From Camelus ferus (Eukaryota), in the NCBI RefSeq assembly GCF_009834535.1, contig NC_045707.1, positions 61,568,001 through 61,632,000 of the forward strand: DNA of 64,000 bases, in the 5' to 3' direction. Below, piece by piece: positions 12,738 to 27,129 of the stretch. The notes under the pieces are model-generated. The model had not been told where the DNA came from. It saw only the letters and a list, made by a program, of their open reading frames with translations, and searched no databases. Position 1 is the first letter of the stretch. Every line of letters starts with the position of its first letter. The position numbers and the translations under genes were made by a program.

Positions 12738-14539
12738 TGACGGTGAGGTCAGAGACCCACCTGGTGCAGGGCAAACTCAGGGACCCTGCCCCCCCCCCGC
12801 CCCCCCATTATCTCCGTCCTCTCCTCCTCAGGTCAAAGTGAGATTTACTTTAGCAGATGGAACCGAAAGGGCAAATGTCGACTTCTCTGGGCAAGTCTGC
12901 CTGGAACCTTCTATAAACTGTACGCTTCAAATCACGCTTGAGTTTCTTTTTCTGACTCTTTTGTTCCAACTTTTTCTTTAGCTCGGATGCCCCTTCAGGC
13001 CTTCTGGTCATCGCGATTTGACCTTTTCAGTGAGGCCCGGCACTCCTGCACATCTGACTCACCCGGAGCAGTGGCTCCGATTAGGGATTTAATCTGAGGA
13101 CAGTAGAGGGGAAATAGAATGTGTGCTGTGGCTGGGCTTGGAGAGGATGTGCCAGGAGGTTCATTTTGTGATGAGAATGTCCTGAATGTTATTTGGGCCT
13201 GTCTCCTTCCAAGGGGCAGCAGTGCTGGGCTTGCTTGTCCCAGTGAGTTGACTGGATAACCCACCTGCACAGGGAATTTTGGAGTCTGTGCCTTTCCCCT
13301 TGTGCTGTTATCTGTGTTTTTTACAGGTTGGACTAAGATCGGTCGCTTTGGTGATCCTCGTTTAGTTGGAGTCCCTAACTCTGAGTAATTTAGATTGTAG
13401 ACAACTTTATTTTACTCTACAGCTTGTGATCTCATCCTTAATTTTTCTTTCCAGTTTCTAGCTTGAGTGACAGTTCAAATTTAGTCCTTGACACCCCCAA
13501 TTAATTCTTCAAAACTCTATGCAGGGACTATAAAAGTAACCAAGAATGGTTTCCCTAGTTTTAAAGGAAATAAAAGAAATATAAATAACTAAAAATTATA
13601 CAGTACGTGAATGGTTTTTAATTATATGTGAGAAGGGAGTACTGTAGTTACATCTTTGCAACTGCATGTGTCTGGTTTGCTTCTGACACCCAGAAAAGAT
13701 CTCCCATGGGCAGAATGGGAATTCTCCCAGCTTGACTTTGGCTCCATCCTCATTATTGTCATCCTCTGCATGTCAGAGATACTGTGCAGCTGTCTTGAGA
13801 ATGTGTCAGAAGATGTGCTTCTGACACCACTTTGGAAGTCTGAGAATATGTTTTGTTTTCAGTTTGGAACAGAATATGAAAGAGAAAATTTAAAGCATTG
13901 CAACTTTATGGGATCTGGTATTTAAATGCATGCATACATTCTAGTATGTCCACATTCTCATATTTGAATATAGAATTAATAGCTTCAGCTCTGAAACCTT
14001 CCTTTTTAAGACCATTCTATAAATTCAACAAGAATTGGCATTCAGAGGAAAAAAAGTACATATTTATTTATTTATTTACTTACTTAAATTAAATCACAGA
14101 CTCATAACCGTTACCTCTGTGGGTTTTTTTTTTTTGTTTTTTTTTTTTTGGATTCCAACTGAGTGCCACAGTGCTCTTTTCATTTGGTGGCTAAAAAGAG
14201 AATCTGAATTTGTTTTCAGGCTCATCATGTAATTTTTTAAATATCATGTGGTATAAAAAGGACAGAATGGTTTATCTTTCCTTATAATAATATAACACAT
14301 TTTATTGTAGGCCAGATTGTGTAAAAAAACTTTAAGAAGATGTTCAATTTTATTATTGCTATGAAATTGATTCTATTGATTATTGGTCGAAGGGTAGACC
14401 ATTAACTTGAAAATAGTTTTTTATAAAGCTTACTAAGATTTCATTGTAATAATATTAAGGATTTGACCTGCATCCATTTTAGGTCAGGAAAAGAACACAG
14501 ATAGATTAGAGATTAATACAAGGTCAAAGAGCCATTTGA

Positions 14540-14735
14540 AGCAGAATCAGCTGAGAATCGTAGACCTGGAAAATTTCTTTGAGGTCACCTCTTGAGGACC
14601 CTACATTTTGTGGATGAGGAAAGTGGAGCCTGCAGATGCTAAGTGATGGCCAAGGTCATACACCTAGTTAATAGCAGAGCCAGAATTATGCTGGAGGTCT
14701 TATGACATCCTCTCCAGGCTGTTTCCACCACAACC
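14540..14735 (-). mobile_element. MIR SINE
   Basis: cattttgtggatgaggaaagtggag...ggccaaggtcatacacctagttaatagcagagccag. Confidence 0.7.
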
Positions 14736-14846
14736 ACTGATTATAACTGACTGGCTTGTGAAATTTCTGCACATCATGTTGCTCTTGAGATTTAGTGCAG
14801 CATAGGACATTCACTAGAATTCTAACTTTGAAAGGTCATCTGTGAC

Positions 14847-14870
14847 GTGTGTGTGTGTGTGTGTGTGTGT
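14847..14870. repeat. (GT)12 microsatellite
   Basis: Directly visible. Confidence 0.95.
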
Positions 14871-17800
14871 ATTTTTTTTTCCCCCACCCAGGACTTCCGC
14901 TGCACCAACCAACATTAGAGTGCAAATATGGGACTGGCGTTTTCTTAAAATGAGCCCTGGTTTAACTTTACGTTTTTATTTACCAGTTGATATGGAATGT
15001 TTTCTTTTTTTTTTTTTTTTCAGATTGGCTAACATTTGTGGGACTTGCCTTCAGGAAAATTCCTTTTCAACTTACTAGGGATTGTCTAAAAAAAGAGTAA
15101 TCAGAAGTCATCATTCTATTTAAAGGTGATTTAATATTCTCATATGGACACTTTTAGTTCAGATGATGGACTGACTTAATATTATCTGACTAATTTGATA
15201 AGTAGAATTACATTGGGAGGTCACTGAATGAAATTATATTTTGCATGGACATGATTCTAGGAGACATAAATCAATTATCAAGTGGTTTCTTTCAGCTGTG
15301 GTCTTACTGCCAAGAGTCTCATTCTTAATAGAAGTATTTAAATTTTATAAACCCTCTTACTTTTCATTTTATATTAGTTCATCTTTTATTGATATACTTA
15401 AGATGAACAATTTTAACTGTCCAAATTCCTTTTTCAATTTGTTATACCTGTTTCATCATTGTCTTTATCCTTTGCGAATATTGAGGAGATTGACTCAATT
15501 GTATAACAGATGTGTTTTATTTCTAACTTTTATGATCTAAAGTGACAGGCTGAAACAATAGTGATAGGAACTGGATAATTAATTGAATTTTACAACATTG
15601 TATTTTTGCCTTTGTTTGGCATTTCCCCCTCTTCTATTGCTTTTAATTTGTGATGTAAATACGTATTTGAATGGTCCAAATTGTTCAGGTTAACTTCGCA
15701 AATAAGTTTATATTTTATATTTATGAATTTGTTCTTAAGAATAGTGTTCCAAAATAGAAATTTATAAAAATTCAAATATAAGTTGTCATGGAAACTTGTT
15801 GTGGAGAAAATGAGATCAGGAAAGAAAAGGAGAGATTATTTCTGTTGATGCCACTGAGTGATATTTACAAAAAGTAAAAAGCAAGGATACGTAGATATGT
15901 ATTTGTGACAATGTTATGCAGTGTGTGTTTACAATTTAATATTGAAGTTTTAGAAGGAAATGAAGTTTGTATGTGTTTTCCTATGAAGGCATACTAGGTA
16001 AGTGAACAGGCTCCAGGCAGAAATTCCTTGATAGAGCTAGATTTTTTAGAAGTTTAAAAACAGGGCAAAACAGTAGAGTTAGAAATATATTAAATAATAT
16101 GTTCCCAATATTAAAGAGCTGAGAGCAGTTATAATTTCTCCTTCTCTGTCTTCTTTTCACTTATCTTTCTAGGGGAGGAAGGAAGGTGACTGAATTGGGT
16201 TCTGTTTTGGAGTGTGGCTCTTCCTTGGTGCCATGTATATCTTTGATTACCTGATCAATCTTTTTTTTTTTTTTTAACTTTCAGAGAGCATTTTAGAAAA
16301 GAGAAACACAAGAGTAACTGCCATGGAACTTTATTTAAGGTGTTGTCTTTACCATTATGTGCAGATAATCCCAAATATACTTGGATTGTGATACTGAATC
16401 CACCATTTTTTTAAATCTAGAAAATATTTACTTTATCAGCATTTTAAATCATTTTATTTCCATAGCATCACTGAAATACACTCCTTAAAACTACTAAAAT
16501 TTAAATTTCAGTATCTAGAATTGGATTCAGAATTGCAAATATGTAATTTACTTTTTTATGAACCATTTTCCCTTCTACCTCAAAGTGCAAAGCAAAGCAG
16601 GAAAGAAGTGATCTAAATTACTGTTTACTGGCTTTGTGTGTGACATTGATTTAAAAAAAATTGTAATAAGGTGAGGACAATTTGAGTCAGATATTAAGAT
16701 TAAAGAAAGAAAACATATTAATTCTTGGTTTGTCAGCATTGCTCTAGTTAAAAGAACTAGTGGCCAAAAGTAGCTTGTTCATAAAATATTTTGGTTAATT
16801 ATTATAAAATTTTAGAATGTTTATTTAGTCAATGAACATTGACTATGCAGTCACTCTGGACAAGAAACTGTGTGAGTTACTGGGACTGTGTGGGGAAGAT
16901 TTAGTGCTTTGCCCTCAATCAGCTCACCACTCTATTTATAATAAAATGTTTCCTAAAACATTATCTATTCAATTAAAAACTTCAACAAACAAAATCCCAG
17001 AGATATTAAAGATGTTTTCCTCAAAAAAAAAAATCTCATATGGAAATATTGCCTGACATGTGCAGGAAAATATTCCATTTAGAAATGATACTTTTAAGAT
17101 ATTGTTAGTCTTTATGAAAGTGTTAGGCTATTTCAATCTTGATTTTTTGATTTTCGAAGTGGTTTATAGGCTGTCTCTTTGCAATGTTATTGAAGAATAT
17201 GATAAAGGCAGTACTTATAGCAAACAACTGAATTATTTGTAGTGGGTCAAGTGTCTTCATCCCCTTCCATTTTCAGTGAAAGTCACGGCCAACCATATGA
17301 CAATGCAAATCCAAACTTCAGACCCCCTAGAAAGAGTCTGCTGTAATAGTCTGGTGTGCTTGCATTTGCCGTATAAGCATCTAAGTGTCCTTTGACCTTT
17401 TCCAGGCCACTAATTATACAGTTCACAAATAAACTTAATTTTATTCTTATATCCGGAGCATTGGATAGGATCAGAGTGTACCTGATTTAACGCATCATTA
17501 AAAGAATCAAACAACTTCAATAGGATTGTATTTTTCAGTAGTACATTTGATCACAAACTAGGATATCGGATCCACTGCTGGGCACTGGGCATGCCAAAGG
17601 TGAATAGTTGGGCAGGTTTGGTGTGACTCTTTTTGGTTCTGTTTTGCTAAGAGCTCATTTGGAGACCAGAGTTGAAAAAAACTACATGAGAGTCAAGGAA
17701 ATGGTTCTTCTCCTTGAAGAAGCTTATTTTCAAAGCAGCTGAAAACTAGGAAATGCGTAGGTTTATGTAGAAATGCAGGTCGACCTTTCCCATTTGGAAG

Positions 17801-19906
17801 TGTGTCTTTACTATTGACTTTTACTACTGCAAATAAAGTAAATGCTGTTTTCAGTTCCCATTTTTTTTCAACTTCTGAGTCATATATCCTTTTTATGATG
17901 GCAGCCTTTAAAAATATGTCTAAATTAAATAGTAAAGGGCACTAAAGGACTGATAAAAGGTAAACACAGACCTCCATAAGGAAATATGTAGTGGCAACAG
18001 AATTCAAACAGTAACCATCAGCATGTTACATAAACTTCAACTCTGTGTGACGTATGAAGGGCTTTTCTTCTGGAAGAGCAATCAAGATTTTTTATGACAG
18101 GATAGCAGTGCTTTTTGCTTTTCTTATAGGTTGAAGGGAGGTGATTAATTTTAATGCTGTGTCGTCAACATTTTCACAGGAAGTGACGAAAATGTGGGTG
18201 TTGGAAGGAGAAGAAAGCAGTAAGAAAGAATATATGGAAACAGCACTGGAAGCAGGTCTAGGGCGGGATCCATGAGCCCTGGGCGCTGACCCGGATTTCG
18301 CAACTAGCTGTGTGACCTTGGAGGGTTTACTTCATCTTCCTCAGTCTTGATTTCCTTTTGCCTTATTTTGGGGAAAGGAAAAAAAAAAAAAAGGATGACA
18401 CTTTGGGCAAGATAAGTATCCAAACTTCTTTCCAGCTCTAAGATTTTGAGATTTGGAGAAAAAACAAGGATACTTATTGCTAAAAATCCCTGAGGGTGGG
18501 GCCGGGGAGGGACAGCATGTCCGCCCTCATTTTGATTGTACTCTAGGGACCATCACAGTAATAAGGTAAACTAGTATTGATTTCTTTTGGTGTTTTGCAT
18601 TATAACTTTCTGCCCTCTTTTTTTTTTTTTTCCTACAGCTGTTGGGTAGCTGCTCTGGTTACCATAGAAACAGGTTAGCTCCTAGCTTCCTGTTTCCATT
18701 GAAAACAGCTTTCTCTCAACCACATATTGATCTCAGGAAATCATTTTTGCTTTGGCTCTGTCATGAAACCCATAAAGATGATCGGCCCTGTCATTTCCGA
18801 AGTGTAAGATTCAGTGCAGGTTTAGACCCATCTACTCACAAGGCTAACTGATTAGATAATCTCAGTTTTATTTCCCTTTGAAAAGAGCCTTGTCAAAGAC
18901 ACCATCCTTTTCCCCTTCCTGTATCTTATATAGAGGGGAAAGTCTTATTCACTCGAGGATTTACAGATATGCCTAACACATTTAAGTGTTTACAAAATAG
19001 TGTCAAATTATTCAGTTCTAATCTCTTTCATAACCCATTCTATCAGAATGAGCATAGAGAATACTATGCAGTATAGCATAGTGCTTAAGTTTGTATTTTA
19101 ATGTACCCATTAATGAAGACTATTTCAAGATAAAAAATATGTATTATATAGTGCACCATATTTCTCTTTTAAGAAAAAATAGTGTTCTATTTCAGGATAT
19201 ACATATTTACATAAAAAGACTTATTCACAGTCATGATGTAGATACATGCCCAGGGAATATATTTATAAAAACTTTATATGGATAAGCAAAGGAAGAGACT
19301 CAGGAATATGGCTTAAAGTTTTGATTGAGACTACTAATGTGCGTGCATCTGTATTTGTGTACTATGTATATATACATATATACATATATTATCTAAAATA
19401 TATGCTCTTTGAATGAGATTGGTGACTGGTGTCTATAACACACGTCTGGTGTTCATGGGATTTTGAATCGGAAGGGAACTGGTGATCACCTGGTATAATT
19501 GCCTCAATTCACAGAAAAGGCAGCTGACTTGATCATCGCCAAGGCTAGGGAGTGACGGTGGCAGGGCTGGAATTGAGGTCCTCTGACTCCTGGCGCTCTT
19601 CCCGTTCCATCTCGACTGCTTAGTCTGGGTTGGGTTTAACATTAGATGCACAAATTTTAGCTCTTGGGAAGCAGCGAGAGTGTTAGGAATAGTTGGGGTA
19701 GGGTCTGTCCTCTTCTACGTCCTGTTACTCAGCAGTAGCAGGGGAGTTGTCACTGTTTTAGGTATTCTCTCAATTTCCAGATCCCGCTCCAGATGCAGCG
19801 CTCCATTGCTGCCTTCTCTACCAGGTCTACCTCTTACCCTTCTACTGTCTTTAAAGCCTCCAGACTACCCTGTCTATGCACTTACTTCCAATTTTTTTCC
19901 TTTATC

Positions 19907-19908
<2 letters not shown>

Positions 19909-19953
<45 letters not shown>
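19909..19953. repeat. (TG)22 microsatellite
   Basis: Directly visible, uninterrupted. Confidence 0.98.
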
Positions 19954-19956
<3 letters not shown>

Positions 19957-22029
19957 ATAATATGTTTTTCTACTTTAATTGGATTTTACCTTTGGAATTT
20001 TTTAACGCAACCCTATTTCAACCTATTGGTGATGACGAATGTATTTTATAGAACATTGCCTTCTCACATGTGATTAACCAGATCATGGTGAGTTTACACA
20101 AAAATAACTGGTGAATTAGCGTGTAAGATATTTGGAGCTGCTTTTAAGATCTGTAAATGAGATTAGATGTTGTTGTGAGGTTAGTAATTACAGGACAGAA
20201 AAACTTTTCTTTCAACATTTCTGTAGTAGCCAGTTAGCCAAAGGTGGTATTTATTGCCTTGGGATGGGATGTAAAGCAACATTATAATTTTGAGAGTGTT
20301 TGAGAGAATGCATTTCAGAATCAAAACAGTTCTCGAGAAGCTGGGCCAAAATGTTGCTGGTAATATTGGGAAAAAATACTCCATTGTTACTATCGTTACT
20401 TGACTGACCTTTTCTTCTGAAAGCTGATAATGATAAAGACATCTTTGTAATCTGACATTTATTTCCTTGGTGTTCGTGTATTAAGAAAATCCTATGCAGA
20501 CACCTCAGTAGTGTCGTCTTTGTTTCCTGTTTGAAGACTGGTGGTTTTGCTATCAGATCTTAGAGCTTTGACCTTCTTTATGGGTCTGACGACATTGTTG
20601 ACATCTTTAAAAACTGGAGCAAAGGTCAAGATAGCCCTTCTTGGCAATTGTCTGTGACTTAGTCTCAGCAATGGAAGGTGTCCTTGGAGTTGTCTCTATG
20701 GAGGAAGTCCCAGTGGTGAAAATATACCACCTTTTGGCCACAGGTGTTCCCTTACTTTACACCAATACTTTGTTCAGAATTTTAAAATCATTCACTAAAT
20801 GATAAAATGCAAAGAAGTTTGTTTTTTAATAAAATAAAAGTGATCCTAAGTAATATTGTCAAGATATTCAAATGATATTGCTTATCATAAATTTCAGACA
20901 CCCTGTTTATGAATAACATTTAAGCAAAAATTATTTGGATGAATATAAAGTTATTCACTGAGTATTTGCCAGATTGAGTTCAATGAAAGGGCCAGAGATT
21001 GTTCAGAATTTCTGTAAATTTTGCATCTGTGTTTGCAAATTATACAGCAGCAACTCATGTTGCTGTTTATTGATAAATGATAAAATGCTGTTTGCTAAAA
21101 AGTGAATATTGTGTAATAATTGTATTGGAAACAATGGCAAAGTAATCATAGCAAGAGGACGCTTCCTTACCATATTAATTTGGATAAAATTGACATTTAG
21201 GAAAGCGGAACAACATAGTTACTACAGTTTGATTTATTAAATTGTCCTGCTTCTCTGTTGAGGTGAGCAGTAAGAAGGCAATTATGAAAATTATTAAAAT
21301 ATCCTTAATGAAACCTGTCTTTCATATAAATTGAGTAGGAAGTGGGCAGAACAGAGATTTAGCTGGCTCTTTTGTGTGCAAACAGAATCTAAAGTAGCAA
21401 GTAGCCTTTTTTTTAAGCTATTGGAACTTTATTATCAGGCCTGAGTGACCTATCAGAGTCATATAAAACGATTAGTGGGTGCATCAAGGTTGAAAACCTA
21501 TCGTATTTGTATCATGATGGATAAATATGTGTGAGCTTATGCTTAATTCCTAGATTCAAAATGGTGTTGACTGTTCTTTGATACTTAGACTACAATGCTA
21601 CAGATATATGAAGTTCATACAAATTAATTAAGTCAAATACTTTTTAATGCACTAACAGGCTTCAAAGACATTCAAAATGGATTAGTCTTAATTCAAAAAC
21701 AGGGTTCTTTAAGTGCTTCCATTTCTCTTGTGAATCTGCTGTTCAATTTTTAGTTGTAACATTTGCATACTATCAGTTCTTAGTTTTTTAAATTTAGTGA
21801 TTGTTTTCAATAGCTATTCATTTTTCCATGTATGTATTAACTGTTGATTTAATTCAATCTCAGATTTCTCTGTCTTAAGGGATTTCTTGGCAACTTTATT
21901 TTTGAGTCCTTGACTTTGTGCTTCAGTGCTAGGTTTCTTTATCAACAACCTTTTGTGTTTCCTCTACCTTGACTTGCATTTCTTGGTTGAAAGAATAGTG
22001 TGTTGTCATCAGACGTTACTACAAACTGT

Positions 22030-22450
22030 GAGAGAACCAAGCACGGGAGGTGTGGCAGGAGATGGAAACTGAGGTTTGATCCAAAGGCTTGGTAAACTCT
22101 GTTGAGGTCTGGTCTTCCTCTGGCAGTAATGGGGAGCTTTTGAAGGATTTTAAGCAGAGCAATGGCATACATGATTGTAATTGGGAATAGCATTCAGAAA
22201 CCTTTGTACCTGAAGAGGGGACTGGGTTGGGGAAGATGAGTGCAAGTTTGTCAGGAGAGCTACAGTTTAACATGTTATTGCAGTAATCCAGGTACGAGAT
22301 ATACTGCTGATCTCAGTGAAAACGGTGGCCAGAGGGATGAGGCAAAATGAACATAATTAAAGTGGAACTGTTGATTAATTAGGTGCAGTGAATGAGGCGG
22401 AGAAGACAAGAATGTCTCCCTAGTTTCCGTTTGCACAGTGGAACAAGACA
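22030..22450 (-). mobile_element. L2 fragment
   Basis: ggcagtaatggggagcttttgaaggattttaagcagagcaatggcatac...ttattgcagtaatccaggtacgagat. Confidence 0.7.
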
Positions 22451-23502
22451 ACCCTTATGACTTCTTTCTAATTCAAAATTTGGTGGTTATATGATTTGAG
22501 AAGTCAGTAGTTATTCTTTCGCAGAATTTAACGCTATAATATTTTGTATTTTTTTTTTTTGCTGTTCTTTTATATTTCAGTACCAATTACCCGATTATTA
22601 ACAGCCATTTCACAGATTTTATGGTTGTGAAATTAAATGCAAAGTATGGCCCTTAAAATTTTTGGTTGCAGTAATTCACCACCATAAAAATGTGTTGAGG
22701 AGTAAGAAGTCTTCCCTATAAGAAATGTCAGCTTTGCATTGCTATTATTTTGGTTTAATGCCCAAGAAAATAATATTACTTTTTGCATAATTTGTGTGAA
22801 ATGGAACTGACTTATTCAACATAGTAGCTCATGTAGCCTCCAAAGCGAGAAGCTTAAATTGAACTGAGGATTTAAAAAAAAGTACTGAAAAGATTCTTTG
22901 GCCCTAAAAACTCCTTGGAAAATTGCTTTAAATAAATATTTCCTTTACATAAAAGTCCAGTAAGGAGCAAAGGTAGTGAGGTAGTGAGGACAGTGAGGAA
23001 GAAAAACAAAAATGATCATAAGCAGCAGGGGATTTAAACTGGGAAGAAGATGGTGACTCAGAGCCAAGGCAGAGTAATTCCTTCTAAAGCATTAATATAC
23101 CGTGCTATTTTCTTGCTTACAACCCATTTATCCCTTTCCATCGGCCACGGGTCAGGATATACGTTCCTGAGCCTGGCTCTCTGGAATCTGTCTATCATCT
23201 AAAATCCTAGTAATAGCTCTCAAAACTCCACCAGTAAGACCACATGGCTTGCAGTCTTGAATATAAGAGATGTGACTCTTGAGTATGAGAGATGTGTTCA
23301 CGTTGTACATTTGTGTACAGTGATGTCACAACCTGGAATACTTTCTCTCCCTCGATTTAACAGGTTGATTCAGTCATGTTTCCTTATCTTGTATAATTAT
23401 CAAGTCTTACTTGACATCTTCTAAACTCTCGCAAAGCAGTGCGTTTCTTCTGAGTTTCCATATCACTTTGTAGTTACAGTATTGTTATAGCATTTAGCTG
23501 AC

Positions 23503-23953
23503 TGTATTAGTTTTCCTGAGCTGAGCAAATTACCACAAACTTAATGTCTTGAAACAACAAAGAAATTTACTCTCTTATAGTTCTGGAGGCTGGATGTCTG
23601 AAATACAGTTGTCAGCACGATTGGTTTCTTCTGGAGGTTTTTGAGGGAAAAAATCTGTGCCTTGGCTCTCTCCTAGCTGCTGGTGATTTGGGGCAATCTT
23701 TGGTGTTCCTGGGTTTGCAGACACATCACTCCAATCTCTGCTGCCATTTTCACATGTTGACCTTTCCTGTGTGTCTCTCAGTTTTGTCTTATAAAGACAT
23801 CAATTTTTTGGATTATAGCCCATAATAATCCAGTATGACCACATCTTAATTTAGCTAATTACATCTGCAAAGATGCTATTTCAAAATAAGGTCATATTCT
23901 GAGGTTTGGAGTAAACATGCATTTTGGGGAGCTACCATTCAACCCAGTACACA
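23503..23953 (-). mobile_element. MaLR solo LTR (MLT1-type)
   Basis: tgtattagttttcc...aaattaccacaaacttaat...agttctggaggctgg...acatctgcaaagatgctatt...ccattcaacccagtaca. Flanks CTGAC/TTGAC may be a decayed TSD. Confidence 0.88.
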
Positions 23954-26900
23954 TTGACTTTTCCATTGGGGCAACATTTTCATAATATCCAGTAAATCTT
24001 TTATATTCTGATTTATCCTTTTCCGTATCAGTATGCTCTCATTTAATGGATACAATACCTTCCTGAATTTTATGATGACACTAGTTAGATAATTTTTCAA
24101 TTCTAGAATTAACTCTGATCCTTCTATGGAATTTTTTCTATTCTTTCACCTTTGTTCTTTTTTATACTATTGATTTTCTTCAAATGTCTTTTCCTTTGAA
24201 AGAGGGTAGGATGATTGTGTTATGTGGGTAGATAGGCAGGATCGTGTGGAAACATAGGATTCCCTTCAGAATGGGTGGGGAGGAGCAGGTGGGCAATTGA
24301 GGGACCCTCTGAAGGTCTAACAAAGGAAGCTGTATTTGGGGACAGAACTTTAGCGAATTTCAGTTAATGCAGTGACCTTTCCCTTTTCTTCTCCGTGCAC
24401 TTTGAGGAAATCCGAGGTACTAAGAAATTTGCTTCACTTTCTGTCACACCAACACAACTAATTAGAAACTGTCTTCTCTTCTGTTGATTCTCTGTGTAAT
24501 TTAGAGAGAGCTATTCTTGCTGCTATATCCTGAGGGCAAATTCTGTAGCCAGCCACTAAAAGAAGTTGGGGACCTCCAAGGAATGGTCCCACAGCCAGCT
24601 CCTTGTCTTCAGGACTGTTACCTCTGGGTTTGTGATTCCTCTGGCTTCTGGACCTCTCTGGGGAGAACTGGACCAACCTCAAGGAAAGCTGTCTCTTGCA
24701 TCTGTATGGAATTCCATTCTCCCCCTCCCTGAATCTGCATTTCCATTAGTTCAATCCTGTTTGCTTAATGTCTTAGTATTTCTGGGTCAATGATAGCAAT
24801 GTTTCCTGTTTTCTATCCCTGTGCTTTTTCCCCATTATTTTAAATGAGATTTGGCCAAGGAGATGAGGTATACTATCTTCCACTAGAATTTGAGCATATA
24901 CATATAGGCTTCTTGCTCTTACTAGTTATGAACTTGTGCACAGGGCACCATTGCAGTCTTCTTGTTCTCCAGAGTTATGTACACGTCTGGTAGTTTTCTC
25001 AGTGAGATTTTATTACCATGTGAACAATTCCATGAGTCTCCTTGTCTACAAGGATATATTGCTCTGTGGTTCTTCCCCACCAAATCAGTGTTTCTTCTTA
25101 TCTTCTTGGAGCCAACCTTCTTTATCTACTTTTTACCTATTTGATTCCCAAGTATATAAACCTAGTGAAGAAATTCATAGCCTTTGTAGAGTGTGTGATT
25201 TTACCCTTACTCTAAGAAGCTTGTTAGACTAACATTAATACAAAGTCCTAGAAAATGATCACTTGGAGAACAGTGACACTTTAATTTGTCATCTGCCCAC
25301 TGAGAATACATTTGTAAGAACATGAACTTTGATGGTTTAACAGATGTTTGTGGTACTTAATGTTCCCCAATAAAGTAGCAGCATCAAGTTTAAATAATGT
25401 TTACATATTAGTGTGCTTTGATTTTTTTTACACAGGGACATTGCCAGTGAGACCAAATGCCTAGTCATTATTTCGTAGAAAAACATCTGACTGATGATAA
25501 TTGATGGCACTGGTTGTCCTGCTAATTACATGGAAACGAGTCCTTCACTGAAGGATGCTGTGTCCTAAGAAAAGATGCTGAAGAATGGATGTTGCAGCAG
25601 CCAGGAAATTAGGCAAGGAGAGCAAGAAAAAAAAAGATTCCTATTCATCACAGTATTGTTATCTCATTTCATTTCGTAAGATAGAATTATCCAAAGGTGA
25701 ATTTTTCTCCATGCTATCTAGAATACACTTTATCAAACCAGTGCAGTGATGAAGACCACTACACCTAAAACCTAATTTATGCTCAGATACTTTCTTTGAG
25801 TTGTGGCAAATAGCAGGCCTGAGAAAGACATTTAAAGAAACATATTTACATTGTAGTGGTCATGCAAATAGAAGGGATGAGAAAAACCTTCAGTTATACA
25901 ATGGACTGTGTATATTACAGAGATGAGGTAAAACTGTATTGTTTTTAGGACGAAACACTGTGAGATAGTAGTTCAAATAAAAATGATAAAGGACATTATA
26001 ACATTCAAAAGAGAATAATATTGGAAGAAGTTTATATTTTTAAGGTGAGGGCTTGTTGCAGGCTATTTATTTTTAAAATAAACATGGTTTTAAATCATGA
26101 AATTAGGACAGTTGAGGAAGTATATAAATGCTGAGGAAGAAAATAGCCCTTTTACCCTCCAAAGGCTACTAGAAATTTAGTATAATTATTTTATTTTTAT
26201 TTTGTCTAAGATAATTCTAACCATAGGGGTAAAGAGAGTTTATTTTATCCAATGTTTAATCTTTGTAATCAGGAACGCTGTACCTTTCCATTTTATTCAA
26301 ATCTGGTTTTACAGTTCAAAAAGGAATTTCGTTTACTTCAAGTGTTATTACTATATATTTTATGTTTAGTTGATCTTGTTCTTCATTACATTTTGACTAG
26401 TTATTGAAGGCATATGAGTTAACTGCTGCTTTTAGTACATTATTCAAATGTATGGTTATCTTTCTGAACCCTTATTGATTGCAATAGTGTTTCAGTTTAT
26501 TGTTTTAGGTTTTGTGGGTATGCCATATATATAAATGATAATTCATTTGATAATTTCTAATAGTTATAACTAATGTATCTTTTAATTTTTATTATATATG
26601 TAATTTATAACTATATTTATGGTCGTAATTTTCAGACGTATTTATACCTTTTTAACAAATTCCCACTATTGTTCTCCTGTCATTATTTCTCATTTTGAGT
26701 CAATTTGAAAACACTTTTCAGTGATATGCTATATATTTTTAAATTTATTTTTCAGGAATGACGAGTATGATATGTTTTTGTGGGTATTTGTCTATCTGAG
26801 GATATCTTTCTGTTGTGTGCACGTATGAAAATTATCTTGGCTAAGTTTAGAATTTTTGGATATGCAGGTTTGATTACTAAAATCTGCAGTTTCTGTCTGT

Positions 26901-27129
26901 TATTTAGAAATAATGAAGTGTCAAATAAAAAGAGGATAGGGAAGTTTCCATGTACCGTGAGCACAGGCAGGAGCCCTAAATAAACCTTGGCCCCAAGAAG
27001 GACATCTCGTGCTGCAGGTTACACTTTCGCTTCCACCCTTATTCTACAGTCCTCTTGGCATTCTGCAGCCAAGACTCAGAATTGTCCTGAATTTCCTCCT
27101 AATCCATCTATGTTGTAGCATAATCTCCC

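Noticed and set aside
15000..18640. Strong acceptor-like sites after T-runs (~15023, ~16284, ~18638) as KCNC2 exons
   Set aside because: No channel-like sequence follows. Poly-T plus CAG decoys are common in long introns.
22970..23000. Short tandem GGTAGTGA units, and similar micro-duplications at ~1753-1795, ~55070-55092 and ~56010-56038
   Set aside because: These are 2-3 copy slippage duplications with no spacer structure.
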